Shown one piece after another: positions 9,934-18,675 of a stretch of 53,542 bases of DNA. The DNA is from Candidatus Heimdallarchaeota archaeon (GTDB taxonomy: Archaea > Asgardarchaeota > Heimdallarchaeia > Heimdallarchaeales > Heimdallarchaeaceae). Both the position numbers and the translations under genes were made by a program. The number at the start of each line of letters is the position of its first letter. Positions within the stretch are counted from its first letter, which is position 1. Below the pieces are notes generated by a model, which was given only the letters and a program-made list of their open reading frames with translations, made no database searches and had not been told where the DNA came from. The stretch lies in NCBI GenBank assembly GCA_021399395.1, contig JAAFKJ010000079.1:1-53542 (forward strand), in the 5' to 3' direction.

Positions 9934-11037
9934 ATGTCTAACAAAATCTCAATTACGGGTTCTGCACTTGAAAGAAACAAAAGACATCAGGAAATTGCAG
10001 AGAAGTACAATCTTACACTTGATCAAATTATTGATTTGAGTCTTGGAGACAACTTATTCATCCCCCCTTCCCTTATTCAAGAACTTGTAATAAAGGACAT
10101 AAAATCGATTGATCCAAGAGACAGTTATCCAATTGATTACTATTCCTTTTTAGAAGAAATATCACGTTTTATTGGAGTTGAAACATCTTCGCTTTATCCC
10201 GGTTTAACTCACAATCAGCTCATTCAGAGAGTTTTGTCTACACTTACTAAATCAAAGAATGGAGTTATTTTGGTTTCACCAGACAAGGATATCTATTCAA
10301 CATTCGCAAAAAGCCAAAAGCTGAAAATTAACAAGGTTAGCTTACTGGATGATTTTGAATTAGATATCAATAGTATTTTAGAAGAAATTGAAACAAGTTC
10401 AGCAAAAGCAATAATATTCACTTCACCTCATTACCCTACAGCAAATCAATTTCGGGAAAGTGATGTGTTAACATTAGCCAAAGAAACGAATATACCTATC
10501 ATCATAGATGAATCTTATGTTGAATTTGGAAAGTATAGTCTTGTAAATCAAGTAAAGTTCTTTGAAAATTTAATAATTGTTAGATCTTTCTCCAAAGCTT
10601 GGGGTCTAGGTTCTTTATCTAGTGCATATCTTGTAGCAGACCCTAAAATTGTAAAAATGCTAAAAGATACTTATTTCATTGAGGAAATCCCCCCTATTCA
10701 TGCTTTAGCGACCAAGCACATTTTACAAGCCCCTTACAAATTTGTTGAACTGATCAATGCTTTTAATGTTGAAAGAAAGAGAGTTCAAGACCAATTGAAA
10801 ATGTTGAGTGGGTTGAAGGTTTATAGAAGTGACACAAACTTCCTTTTTATCAAATACAAGAAAAACATCAGAGAACTATACGAACAGCTTTGTAGCAAGG
10901 GAATTATTGTACAAACCTTTGATGAAACCCACGAATTTAATGGTTATGAACAATTTTTTGTTGTAACCTTAGGAGATAGTGAAATCAATAATAAATTCGT
11001 ACTAGCGATAATTGAATCATTAGAAGCCTTATCGTAG
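9934..11037 (+). CDS. HisC/CobD-like PLP-dependent fold-type I protein, divergent
   Basis: IIIDESYVEF and RSFSKAWGL (PLP lysine present), plus SDTNFLFI. Confidence 0.8.
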   Translation: MSNKISITGSALERNKRHQEIAEKYNLTLDQIIDLSLGDNLFIPPSLIQELVIKDIKSIDPRDSYPIDYYSFLEEISRFIGVETSSLYPGLTHNQLIQRVLSTLTKSKNGVILVSPDKDIYSTFAKSQKLKINKVSLLDDFELDINSILEEIETSSAKAIIFTSPHYPTANQFRESDVLTLAKETNIPIIIDESYVEFGKYSLVNQVKFFENLIIVRSFSKAWGLGSLSSAYLVADPKIVKMLKDTYFIEEIPPIHALATKHILQAPYKFVELINAFNVERKRVQDQLKMLSGLKVYRSDTNFLFIKYKKNIRELYEQLCSKGIIVQTFDETHEFNGYEQFFVVTLGDSEINNKFVLAIIESLEALS

Positions 11038-11067
11038 AATTTGATTCTCATTCTAGAACTTTTCTTG

Positions 11068-11586
11068 TTATTTTCTTTTGAAAAATCGTTTTACTGGACT
11101 ACCACAATCGATACAAGTTTTGCTTTCTTGGGAAAATTTACTCCCACACACTGTACATTTCCAATAGTATTCCCTCTTATGCCTTATACTGAAGTGTTGT
11201 GATACCACTTTGATTTTTAGAAACGCACTAACGTTTTGAACAGCGTTGTCATCACTATAGATCACAGAATCAGAAAAATCTAATGCTAATGCTAACACTT
11301 GAGTGTCAATTTTAGATAAAGCGCCATAGTCTCCTGATTTTTTAGCAATCTCTATAATCCGCTCTAGGGACTCTGAAGAAGGGGTTGCACGTATTAGTTT
11401 TCCTTCAGCTTCCAATATCGTTAATACTGATTTTGACTCAAATGACTTTAATTCAATCTCTAATAATTCAGGTATAATTAGAAAATCGTTTTCTTTCAAT
11501 CTACCATCAAGTACAAAATGATGCATTATTGCAGTAGAATCAACTATGAAATAGTTTAATCTTTCTTTGTCATTATTTTCATTCAT
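11068..11586 (-). CDS. nob1: rRNA maturation endonuclease Nob1 (PIN domain plus Zn ribbon)
   Basis: IVDSTA, SGDYGALSKIDTQVLALA, SDDNAVQNV and C-terminal CxxC...CxxC. Confidence 0.9.
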   Translation of the reverse strand: MNENNDKERLNYFIVDSTAIMHHFVLDGRLKENDFLIIPELLEIELKSFESKSVLTILEAEGKLIRATPSSESLERIIEIAKKSGDYGALSKIDTQVLALALDFSDSVIYSDDNAVQNVSAFLKIKVVSQHFSIRHKREYYWKCTVCGSKFSQESKTCIDCGSPVKRFFKRK

Positions 11587-12433
11587 CTGTATCATCAGGA
11601 TTGAATCGTAGAAGCTTTTCCCTAACCCTAGTAATGTAATTCTCTTCGAATCGGATGAAATTAATCTTATCTTCAGATTGCTTTATTTCTATAGAATCAT
11701 TGTGACCTAGATTGTAGTGTACTTTTCCATCAATTACAACACTCCCAAATTTAGTCTTACTCAAATTTGTAACTTTAAGTTTTGAGCTCAAAGGAAAAAC
11801 CATAGGTACTACTCTTCTAGAAAAAGGACAGATTGGCACCGTTATTATTGCCTCAACTGTTGGAACGATTAGAGACCCTCCAGCTGACAAGCCATAGGCA
11901 CTAGAACCTATACTTGTAGCGACAATCAAACCATCTCCATCAAGAGTGTAAACATATTGATTATCTACATGCAATTTTAGGCTAATTGACTGACCAATTG
12001 TATCACAAGTGACTACAACATCATTTACTGCTGAGACTGTTTCCAAATCTTTTGAAGATATTTCAATGGTGCTGAAACTTTCAATGAAACCCTCACCATT
12101 TTCAAGAGCATTTAGAGCTTTATCTATTCCACTTGGATCAATTTCTGTAAGAAAACCAACTTTTCCACAGTTAATGGCAAAAATTGGAATGTTTTTCCAA
12201 ATTTCATAGGTTTTAAGAATTGTTCCATCTCCTCCAAAAACGAAAATTATAGTGGGTTTTTTTCCTGGACAAGATAATTCAGGTTGCTCTAATGTGTCAG
12301 CCAAATATGTATCAAGAAATGAAGTATATCCTTTCTCCTCCAGTTTCTCGTGAAAGGACACAGCTAGTTGTCTACTATCTTTGTGTCTAGAGCTTGTAAT
12401 CAGAATGCACGCATCTTTATTCAAAAGACTCAT
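11579..12433 (-). CDS. nadK: NAD kinase
   Basis: GGDGT, GKVGFL, ND and DGLIVATSIGSSAYGLSAGG motifs. Confidence 0.95.
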   Translation of the reverse strand: MSLLNKDACILITSSRHKDSRQLAVSFHEKLEEKGYTSFLDTYLADTLEQPELSCPGKKPTIIFVFGGDGTILKTYEIWKNIPIFAINCGKVGFLTEIDPSGIDKALNALENGEGFIESFSTIEISSKDLETVSAVNDVVVTCDTIGQSISLKLHVDNQYVYTLDGDGLIVATSIGSSAYGLSAGGSLIVPTVEAIITVPICPFSRRVVPMVFPLSSKLKVTNLSKTKFGSVVIDGKVHYNLGHNDSIEIKQSEDKINFIRFEENYITRVREKLLRFNPDDTDE

Positions 12434-12474
12434 TTCATGTTAAAGAAAGAACAGAAATTAAAAAAGGTTCGGTA

Positions 12475-13656
12475 TTAACTCTTAGACTTCTTTAATTTAG
12501 CTATGAAATATCCTAAAGTCCTATCTTGTCCTGGCAAAAATCTTTGTACATAGGGGGAGAAATCAACATCAATTGACCCCATTTTGGAAGTTTTATAGTT
12601 GTGATCAACAATCTCTAAACCAAATTCTATAGCTTGATTTATTACGCTTTCATTTTCCTCTTTAGTTATTGTGCAGGTTGAATAAACTAACTCTCCACCT
12701 GGTTTCAGCAATTGCTCACACGCAAAAAGTATTGCTTTTTGATAGTCTGAAGTTGCCTTAATCGTTTTCTTGTCTGTTCCAAGAATTAATCTAGGTCTAA
12801 GTCCAAGAGCAGTACATGGAGGATCAACTAGTATTTTATCAAATTTAACATTCCATTCTTTACTTAATTCTATAATGTTTCCAACCACTGTTTTAACATT
12901 CTTTATTCTAAATCTTGAGAGTTTATCTTCTAGGTGATTGAGTCTTCCTTTAGATCTGTCTACTGCTATTATCTCTCCTGTACCTTTACTTAACTCACTC
13001 AAATGAACTGTTTTATTTCCTGGAGCTGCACAACAATCTAGTATCTTATCTTCTGGTTGCGGGTCTAGATTCAGACTGGTCAAGTATGCCGGAACACTCT
13101 GAAAATAAACCGGATATCCTTCCAATTCTAATTGGGGTACACTTGGCACTTTGTATGGAGATTCAAGATTTTTTGCTGCAATTCCTTTTCTTTTAGATAA
13201 AATTGTTTTGTGACTCATCATAGCTTTTGCTTTTGCAACAGATATCCCTCTCTGATTTTTAATTTGCACAAAATCATTTTCTCTCACTTTGCCTGCCTTT
13301 TTAACCCCAGGAACAAATACATCTGATCCTTGATATATCATTTCAGCAGCTCGATTATCTACAATTACTTCTTTCAAATCTTCAGAATAATCCACATCAA
13401 ACGGTCCTTTCGGTTGTGTTATTATTAAATTAGCAAAATTTGGGTGTTGATCTGCTTTGAACCCATTTTCCTCAATTTTTTCTATTATTTCCTGTGCTAA
13501 TTCTTGTTTTTGAAAAATGTGTAAAGTGTATTCTTCCATAGGAGTGGTTATAGCTTTCAGATATTTTTCAGCTGTTTCAATGCCTAAAAGTTCACCTAAG
13601 TATTCTCTTAGCTCCTCCGTTATCAGTGGTACTCGAGTAGAAGGCATTGTTTTCAT
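12475..13656 (-). CDS. RsmB/NOP2-family m5C RNA methyltransferase with PUA domain (NSUN6-like)
   Basis: PUA segment (GSDVFVPGV), LDCCAAPGNKT, DPPCTALG and VYSTCT. Confidence 0.9.
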   Translation of the reverse strand: MKTMPSTRVPLITEELREYLGELLGIETAEKYLKAITTPMEEYTLHIFQKQELAQEIIEKIEENGFKADQHPNFANLIITQPKGPFDVDYSEDLKEVIVDNRAAEMIYQGSDVFVPGVKKAGKVRENDFVQIKNQRGISVAKAKAMMSHKTILSKRKGIAAKNLESPYKVPSVPQLELEGYPVYFQSVPAYLTSLNLDPQPEDKILDCCAAPGNKTVHLSELSKGTGEIIAVDRSKGRLNHLEDKLSRFRIKNVKTVVGNIIELSKEWNVKFDKILVDPPCTALGLRPRLILGTDKKTIKATSDYQKAILFACEQLLKPGGELVYSTCTITKEENESVINQAIEFGLEIVDHNYKTSKMGSIDVDFSPYVQRFLPGQDRTLGYFIAKLKKSKS

Positions 13657-13666
13657 ATCTCTTTTC

Positions 13667-14161
13667 TCATTTCAGTGAATGAAATTCTACTTTTCTATCT
13701 ACTAGATTGAGAATTGCTACAGTTGGATCTTCATATAAATCGAATGTTTCTCCAGGATTTATGATCACTTTCTTTTCCACTTTTTTCAGAAGTTTCTTGT
13801 GTGTATGTCCAGTTATAACATAATCGTAAGGTAATTTTGAGTAAATCAATGAATTCAATTTCAGCTCATCTGTTCCATGGTACAGTGCAAAAGTTTTACC
13901 CTCTATTTCAAACTCTCCTATATCTTCGTAGAAGAATCCCACTTCTTTCATCATGTTACTTATTACTTCTGTATCCCCTAGATTGTTACCTGCACACAGG
14001 TAAAATTTTCCTTTGAACTCTTCAAACATTTTCACACAGAAAGGAGATATCAAATCACCTGCATGGATAATGACTTCAACCCCTTTCTCTTTGAATATTT
14101 CTAGAGCTTTCTGTATATTTGGTCTATGGTCATGACTGTCGCTCATTATTCCTATTTTCAC
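13667..14161 (-). CDS. YfcE/MJ0936 (Vps29-related) metallophosphoesterase
   Basis: SDSH, HAGD, GNN, HG, GHTH and NPG motifs. Confidence 0.9.
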   Translation of the reverse strand: MKIGIMSDSHDHRPNIQKALEIFKEKGVEVIIHAGDLISPFCVKMFEEFKGKFYLCAGNNLGDTEVISNMMKEVGFFYEDIGEFEIEGKTFALYHGTDELKLNSLIYSKLPYDYVITGHTHKKLLKKVEKKVIINPGETFDLYEDPTVAILNLVDRKVEFHSLK

Positions 14162-14198
14162 TTATTCCACCTCATTTTACGCTAAAAAATGATTACTT

Positions 14199-14283
14199 TG
14201 GTGCGGGGAGGGAGATTCGAACTCCCGAACCACTAAGGACTAGAACCTGAATCTAGCGCCTTTGTCCACTCGGCAATCCCCGC
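14199..14283 (-). tRNA. tRNA-Leu(CAG), CCA encoded
   Basis: Reverse complement reads GCGGGGATTGCCGAGTGGACAAAGGCG-CTAGA-TTCAGGT-TCTAG, then a long variable arm and GGGAGTTCGAATCTCCC-TCCCCGC-ACCA. Confidence 0.97.
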
Positions 14284-14376
14284 CAAGAGGATTGATTTTG
14301 CTATCGATTTTTTTCTAACAAGATATTTAAATCATTGTATCTTATGTTTTTTGTATCTAGAGGAAACTGTGATTTT

Positions 14377-15657
14377 ATGAGTTTAAGACCTTATCTTGAG
14401 ACCCTCAAACAAGCTGAGTTATTGATTGATATTCCTTCTGAAGTTAAACCTGATTATGAGATTACTGAACATCTTCAAACACATTCTAACAAAGCTGTTT
14501 TATTTTCTAATGTTGAAGGTTCATCTTTTCCTCTTTTAGGCAATGGTCTCTCTTCCCGAGATCAACTCAAGTTTGTTCTCAATGAGCATGAGGATTACTA
14601 CTCCTTCTTTCAGCAAGCTCTTCTTTCTCCTCAAGTTCCTTCATTGGTTGATTCCAGTCTCACTTTCTCTAATAAGGAACCTGCCAACCTTTCTCTTCTC
14701 CCCATCCCAAAATTCTTCCCTGTTGATGGTGGAAGATATCTCACTTCAGGCATTGTTTTTGCACAATTTCCAGGTACTGACGTTCCCAATCTTAGTATTC
14801 ATCGAATCATGGTGTTGAATGATCAGCAAGGAGCTATTCGTCTCGTTCCTCGTAATTTGCACCAAATTTTCTTAGAGAATAAGCAAAAGGGTTTGGATAC
14901 CCCTATTGCCTTTGTTAATGGTTATCACCCCATCTTAGCTTTAGCTGCTTCCTCCTCTACTCCTTCTGGTAGCTCTGAGCTGGTTATTGCCAATTCTCTT
15001 ATGCGTGGCAATCTTTCTGTTATTAAGACTCCCAAGTATGGTATTCTTGTCCCCTCTGATGTCGAATTTGTTCTAGAGGGCAAAATTCTCGCTGACCATG
15101 AAGTTGCTGAAGGACCTTTTGTTGACATCACTGGCACCCCCGATGATATTCGTTCCCAACCTGTCATTCAGTTTGAACACATGTACTATCGCGATCAACC
15201 TATCTTTCAGACTATTCTTCCTGCTTATGAAGAACATTTCATTCTCATGGGTTTTCCCCGTGAAGCCGCTATCCACAACCGTGTTAGTAAGGTTGTTTCT
15301 GATGTACACGGAGTTCATCTTTCTCCTAGTGGATGTGGATGGTTAGATGCGGTTATAGCTGTTACCACTCAATCTGATATTGACGCCTATAAGGTAGGGT
15401 TAGCAGCTTTTGAAGCCCACCCTTCCCTTAAGTGGTGCACAGTTGTAAACGAAGATATCGACATCTATGACGAGAAAGCTGTTCAGTGGGCAAGAATAAC
15501 AAGAGCCGGGGCCAACGACATAACAATTTTGGATAATATGCGAGGGTCGTCTCTTGATCCGTCGAGAAGAAGAGAAGATAACGTGTCAATAAAAGTCATA
15601 ATAGATGCGACGAAGAAGAAAGAAAAGGAAGGGTATGAAAGGGTAATAAAGGTCTAG
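14377..15657 (+). CDS. UbiD-family prenyl-FMN decarboxylase-like protein
   Basis: DGGRYLTSG, NLSIHR, EGPFVDITG and GSSLDPS motifs. Confidence 0.92.
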   Translation: MSLRPYLETLKQAELLIDIPSEVKPDYEITEHLQTHSNKAVLFSNVEGSSFPLLGNGLSSRDQLKFVLNEHEDYYSFFQQALLSPQVPSLVDSSLTFSNKEPANLSLLPIPKFFPVDGGRYLTSGIVFAQFPGTDVPNLSIHRIMVLNDQQGAIRLVPRNLHQIFLENKQKGLDTPIAFVNGYHPILALAASSSTPSGSSELVIANSLMRGNLSVIKTPKYGILVPSDVEFVLEGKILADHEVAEGPFVDITGTPDDIRSQPVIQFEHMYYRDQPIFQTILPAYEEHFILMGFPREAAIHNRVSKVVSDVHGVHLSPSGCGWLDAVIAVTTQSDIDAYKVGLAAFEAHPSLKWCTVVNEDIDIYDEKAVQWARITRAGANDITILDNMRGSSLDPSRRREDNVSIKVIIDATKKKEKEGYERVIKV

Positions 15658-15708
15658 GGAACAGGGGAGAGAAGAAAAAGAAGAAAAAAGAGCAAAGACA
15701 GAGGATGA

Positions 15709-15752
15709 GAATATCTTACCACGCGCGGGTATTTTTTTGTGGTAAGATATTC
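15709..15752. repeat. Perfect 14-bp inverted repeat with 16-nt spacer
   Basis: GAATATCTTACCAC (15709-15722) and GTGGTAAGATATTC (15739-15752). Confidence 0.9.
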
Positions 15753-15831
15753 AAAACTGTGTTTTTGCGTATTAGTGTGATTGAAAAAAATATTTAAAGA
15801 AAACTTTGTGATATTCTTCTGAGGATAAAAT

Positions 15832-17160
15832 ATGAACTTAATGAATGATATTTCAAGCTCTGATCCTGAAATAGCAGATATGCTTCTTAGAGAATTAAAA
15901 CGTCAAGAAGAAGGAATAGAATTAATTCCTTCAGAGAACTATACCTATCGTTCTGTTTTCCAGGCTATGGCGAGTGTTTTTACTAACAAATATTCCGAAG
16001 GATACCCTAAAAAAAGGTATTATGGTGGAAACGAAATAGTTGATGAAGTTGAGATTCTAGCAATAGAACGAGCAAAGAAGCTTTTTGGTGCTGAGCACGT
16101 AAATGTACAACCTTACTCTGGTTCTCCTGCTAATCAAGCAGTTTTCTTCGCTTTACTGAATTTGAAAGATAAATTTTTAGGGTTCAGTCTTACATCAGGC
16201 GGTCACCTTACCCATGGAAGTCATGTAAACTTCTCTGGTAAGAATTATGTTTGTGTTAGTTATGATGTTGATAAAGAGACAGAAATGCTAGATATGGAAG
16301 TAATTCATGAATTAGCTAAAAAAGAAAAACCCGAGATGATAATATCTGGTCTAACAGCTTATCCAAGAAAAATAGATTTCAAAGCTTTCCAAGAGATTGC
16401 AGATGAGGTAGATGCTTACCAACTTGCAGATATCTCTCACATCTCAGGTTTGATTGTAGGTGGAGCACATGAAAGTCCTGTACCATATGCAGATGTTGTA
16501 ACAACTACAACACACAAAAGTCTTAGAGGACCACGAGGTGCAATAATAATGTGTAAAACTGAAGATAGATTACATGAAATTCACCACCCTGAGAAGAAAA
16601 CAAAGAATGGTGAACCTTTCAGTTTAGCACGTTTAATAGATTCAGCAGTCTTTCCAGGACTACAAGGAGGACCACATGATCATACTACTGCTGCAAAAGC
16701 TGTTGCTTTCGCCGAAGCTATGAAACCTGAATTCAAGGATTACGCAAAACAGATTGTCAAAAATGCAAAAGTATTAGCTGATGAATTAATGGCTCTGGAC
16801 ATTAAACTTGTTACAAATGGAACTGACAACCATCTAATTCTTATCGACTTACGTCCTGAAGATTTAACTGGTAAAGGAGGACCTATGCAAACAGCTTTGG
16901 ATGAAGCAGGTATAACTCTAAACAAGAATACTGTTCCATATGAACCTTCAAGTCCATTTCATCCATCAGGATTGAGATTAGGAACACCAGCCATAACCTC
17001 TAGAGGAATGAAAGAATCAGAGATGAAAGTCATTGCTGAGGGTTTAGCAAAGGTCATAAAAGCAAAAGGTTACACCAAGGTAAATGAAGCAGTCAAAGAA
17101 GACATTCTTGAACTTACCAAGCAATTTCCGTTATATCCAGGATTATCAATCCTAAAATAG
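15832..17160 (+). CDS. glyA: Serine hydroxymethyltransferase (bacterial-type)
   Basis: ELIPSEN, NKYSEGYP, GGHLTHG, TTTTHKSLRGPRG and SGLRLGTPA motifs. Confidence 0.98.
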   Translation: MNLMNDISSSDPEIADMLLRELKRQEEGIELIPSENYTYRSVFQAMASVFTNKYSEGYPKKRYYGGNEIVDEVEILAIERAKKLFGAEHVNVQPYSGSPANQAVFFALLNLKDKFLGFSLTSGGHLTHGSHVNFSGKNYVCVSYDVDKETEMLDMEVIHELAKKEKPEMIISGLTAYPRKIDFKAFQEIADEVDAYQLADISHISGLIVGGAHESPVPYADVVTTTTHKSLRGPRGAIIMCKTEDRLHEIHHPEKKTKNGEPFSLARLIDSAVFPGLQGGPHDHTTAAKAVAFAEAMKPEFKDYAKQIVKNAKVLADELMALDIKLVTNGTDNHLILIDLRPEDLTGKGGPMQTALDEAGITLNKNTVPYEPSSPFHPSGLRLGTPAITSRGMKESEMKVIAEGLAKVIKAKGYTKVNEAVKEDILELTKQFPLYPGLSILK

Positions 17161-17181
17161 AAGCCAGATCTCAGTGCTTCT

Positions 17182-17529
17182 TTACTCTTTTTCTTCTTCT
17201 GTAAACAATTCTTTTTCGATGTTTTCCATGATTTTTAGTAAAATATCATTTGAAATATCTTGAATATTAAGAGAAACCAATACCAACTTTTGTATTCTTG
17301 TTGCTAATCGCTCTCCAATCATTCTTACATATTGTTCATTCTTTTGACCTGTAATATACAATGTAGATGCGGACATAAGCTCTGTTGATGGAACTGATAC
17401 TCCAAAAGTACCGAATCTAGGCGCATCTTCATAAATATATAAAGAAACAGCATTTTCTAGTGAAACTATAATTAATTCGTATTTTTGATCCTGTATTTCA
17501 AAAGATTTAGTAAGAGTTACTTCTTTCAT
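17182..17529 (-). CDS. Proteasome assembly chaperone 4 (PAC4/PSMG4)-like protein
   Basis: About 115 aa. FGTFGVSVP...ASTLYITG...IGERLATRIQKLVLVSLNI resembles the PAC4 pattern LAVAM...STSLLG...LAQRLARKTNKQVFVSYNL (recalled, not searched). Confidence 0.65.
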   Translation of the reverse strand: MKEVTLTKSFEIQDQKYELIIVSLENAVSLYIYEDAPRFGTFGVSVPSTELMSASTLYITGQKNEQYVRMIGERLATRIQKLVLVSLNIQDISNDILLKIMENIEKELFTEEEKE

Positions 17530-17574
17530 CAAAAAGAAGTAACCTTGTTTGTTCTAAATAACTTTGCGTGTATT

Positions 17575-18525
17575 TTATAAACAGGAATCTTTGTTTTCGA
17601 TTGCTTCGTAATTTGCATAATATTTTCGGAGACATCTTTGATGTTCTTCATTCATTTTTACTTGTTTCAACTCAAAAGCCAAAAATAGATTGCTTGCTAG
17701 CATGCAAACTGTCGCAGGACCACTTCCTCCTGGAACAGGGGATATTAAACTTGCATCTTCCTTTAAGTCGTCAAAATCTGTATCTCCCATTAACTTGCCA
17801 TCTTCAAAATTAACTCCTACATCTACTATGATTACACCTTTCTTTACCATACCTTTTCTAATCAGATGAGCACGCCCAACAGCTGCAATAAGAATATCAG
17901 CATCTAGAGTATATCTTTCTAGAGGTCTTGAACGTGAATGGCAAACTGTTACTGTTGCATGTTCTTTAAGGAGAAGATGAGCGACTGGTTTACCTACTAT
18001 CATACTTCTACCTACGACTACAACATGCTTTCCTTGTAGAGGAACTTGGTAATGCTTTAAAAGAGCAAGGACACCTAAAGCTGTTGCGGGAACCAAATTT
18101 GGTGCAGATTTTGTCCAAGCATGTACATTTCCTGGAGATAATCCTTCAATATCTTTGTTTGGAGAAATGCTTTCAATAACCAAATCTTCATCCATATGGT
18201 CTGGTAGAGGTAGTTGGACCATTATCCCGTCGATACTATCATCATTATTCTGTTTTGCGATTAATTCTAGCAGTTCTTCTTGTGTTGTTTCCTCTGGTAA
18301 ACTAGATACATCATAATCTACACAAAGACTTGCAAAAAACTTTTCCCTTATTCTCCGATAAGATTCGGAAGCTGGATCATTACCCACGATTATAGTAGAC
18401 AACTTAGGTATACTACCGTATTTCTCTTTAAAAATCTCACAACGTGGCCTTAGTACATTGTCAGTATATTCTTTCGAGAATTTCCTACCATCAATAATAT
18501 TGTTTTTTTCTTCAATGGAACTCAT
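17575..18525 (-). CDS. folD: Methylene-THF dehydrogenase/cyclohydrolase FolD (bacterial-type)
   Basis: GIMVQLPLP, VVVGRSMIVGKP, DVGVN and SPVPGG motifs. Confidence 0.95.
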   Translation of the reverse strand: MSSIEEKNNIIDGRKFSKEYTDNVLRPRCEIFKEKYGSIPKLSTIIVGNDPASESYRRIREKFFASLCVDYDVSSLPEETTQEELLELIAKQNNDDSIDGIMVQLPLPDHMDEDLVIESISPNKDIEGLSPGNVHAWTKSAPNLVPATALGVLALLKHYQVPLQGKHVVVVGRSMIVGKPVAHLLLKEHATVTVCHSRSRPLERYTLDADILIAAVGRAHLIRKGMVKKGVIIVDVGVNFEDGKLMGDTDFDDLKEDASLISPVPGGSGPATVCMLASNLFLAFELKQVKMNEEHQRCLRKYYANYEAIENKDSCL

Positions 18526-18675
18526 TCTTCTTCACTTGCAATATGACTTTGTATCTTATTATTATATAAATTATAAGAATTAACATTTTTTTAAACAGTC
18601 TTCCCCTTCTAGTATATTATATTATTAGTAAATGGTTTGTAATCGAGTAAAATAAAGATATTCTGAAGAGTAAAT

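Noticed and set aside
14199-14283. The two similar tRNA-Leu genes as attL/attR of a 39-kb integrated element
   Set aside because: They have different anticodons and both look like genuine tRNA genes. The region between them holds essential core genes and no integrase.
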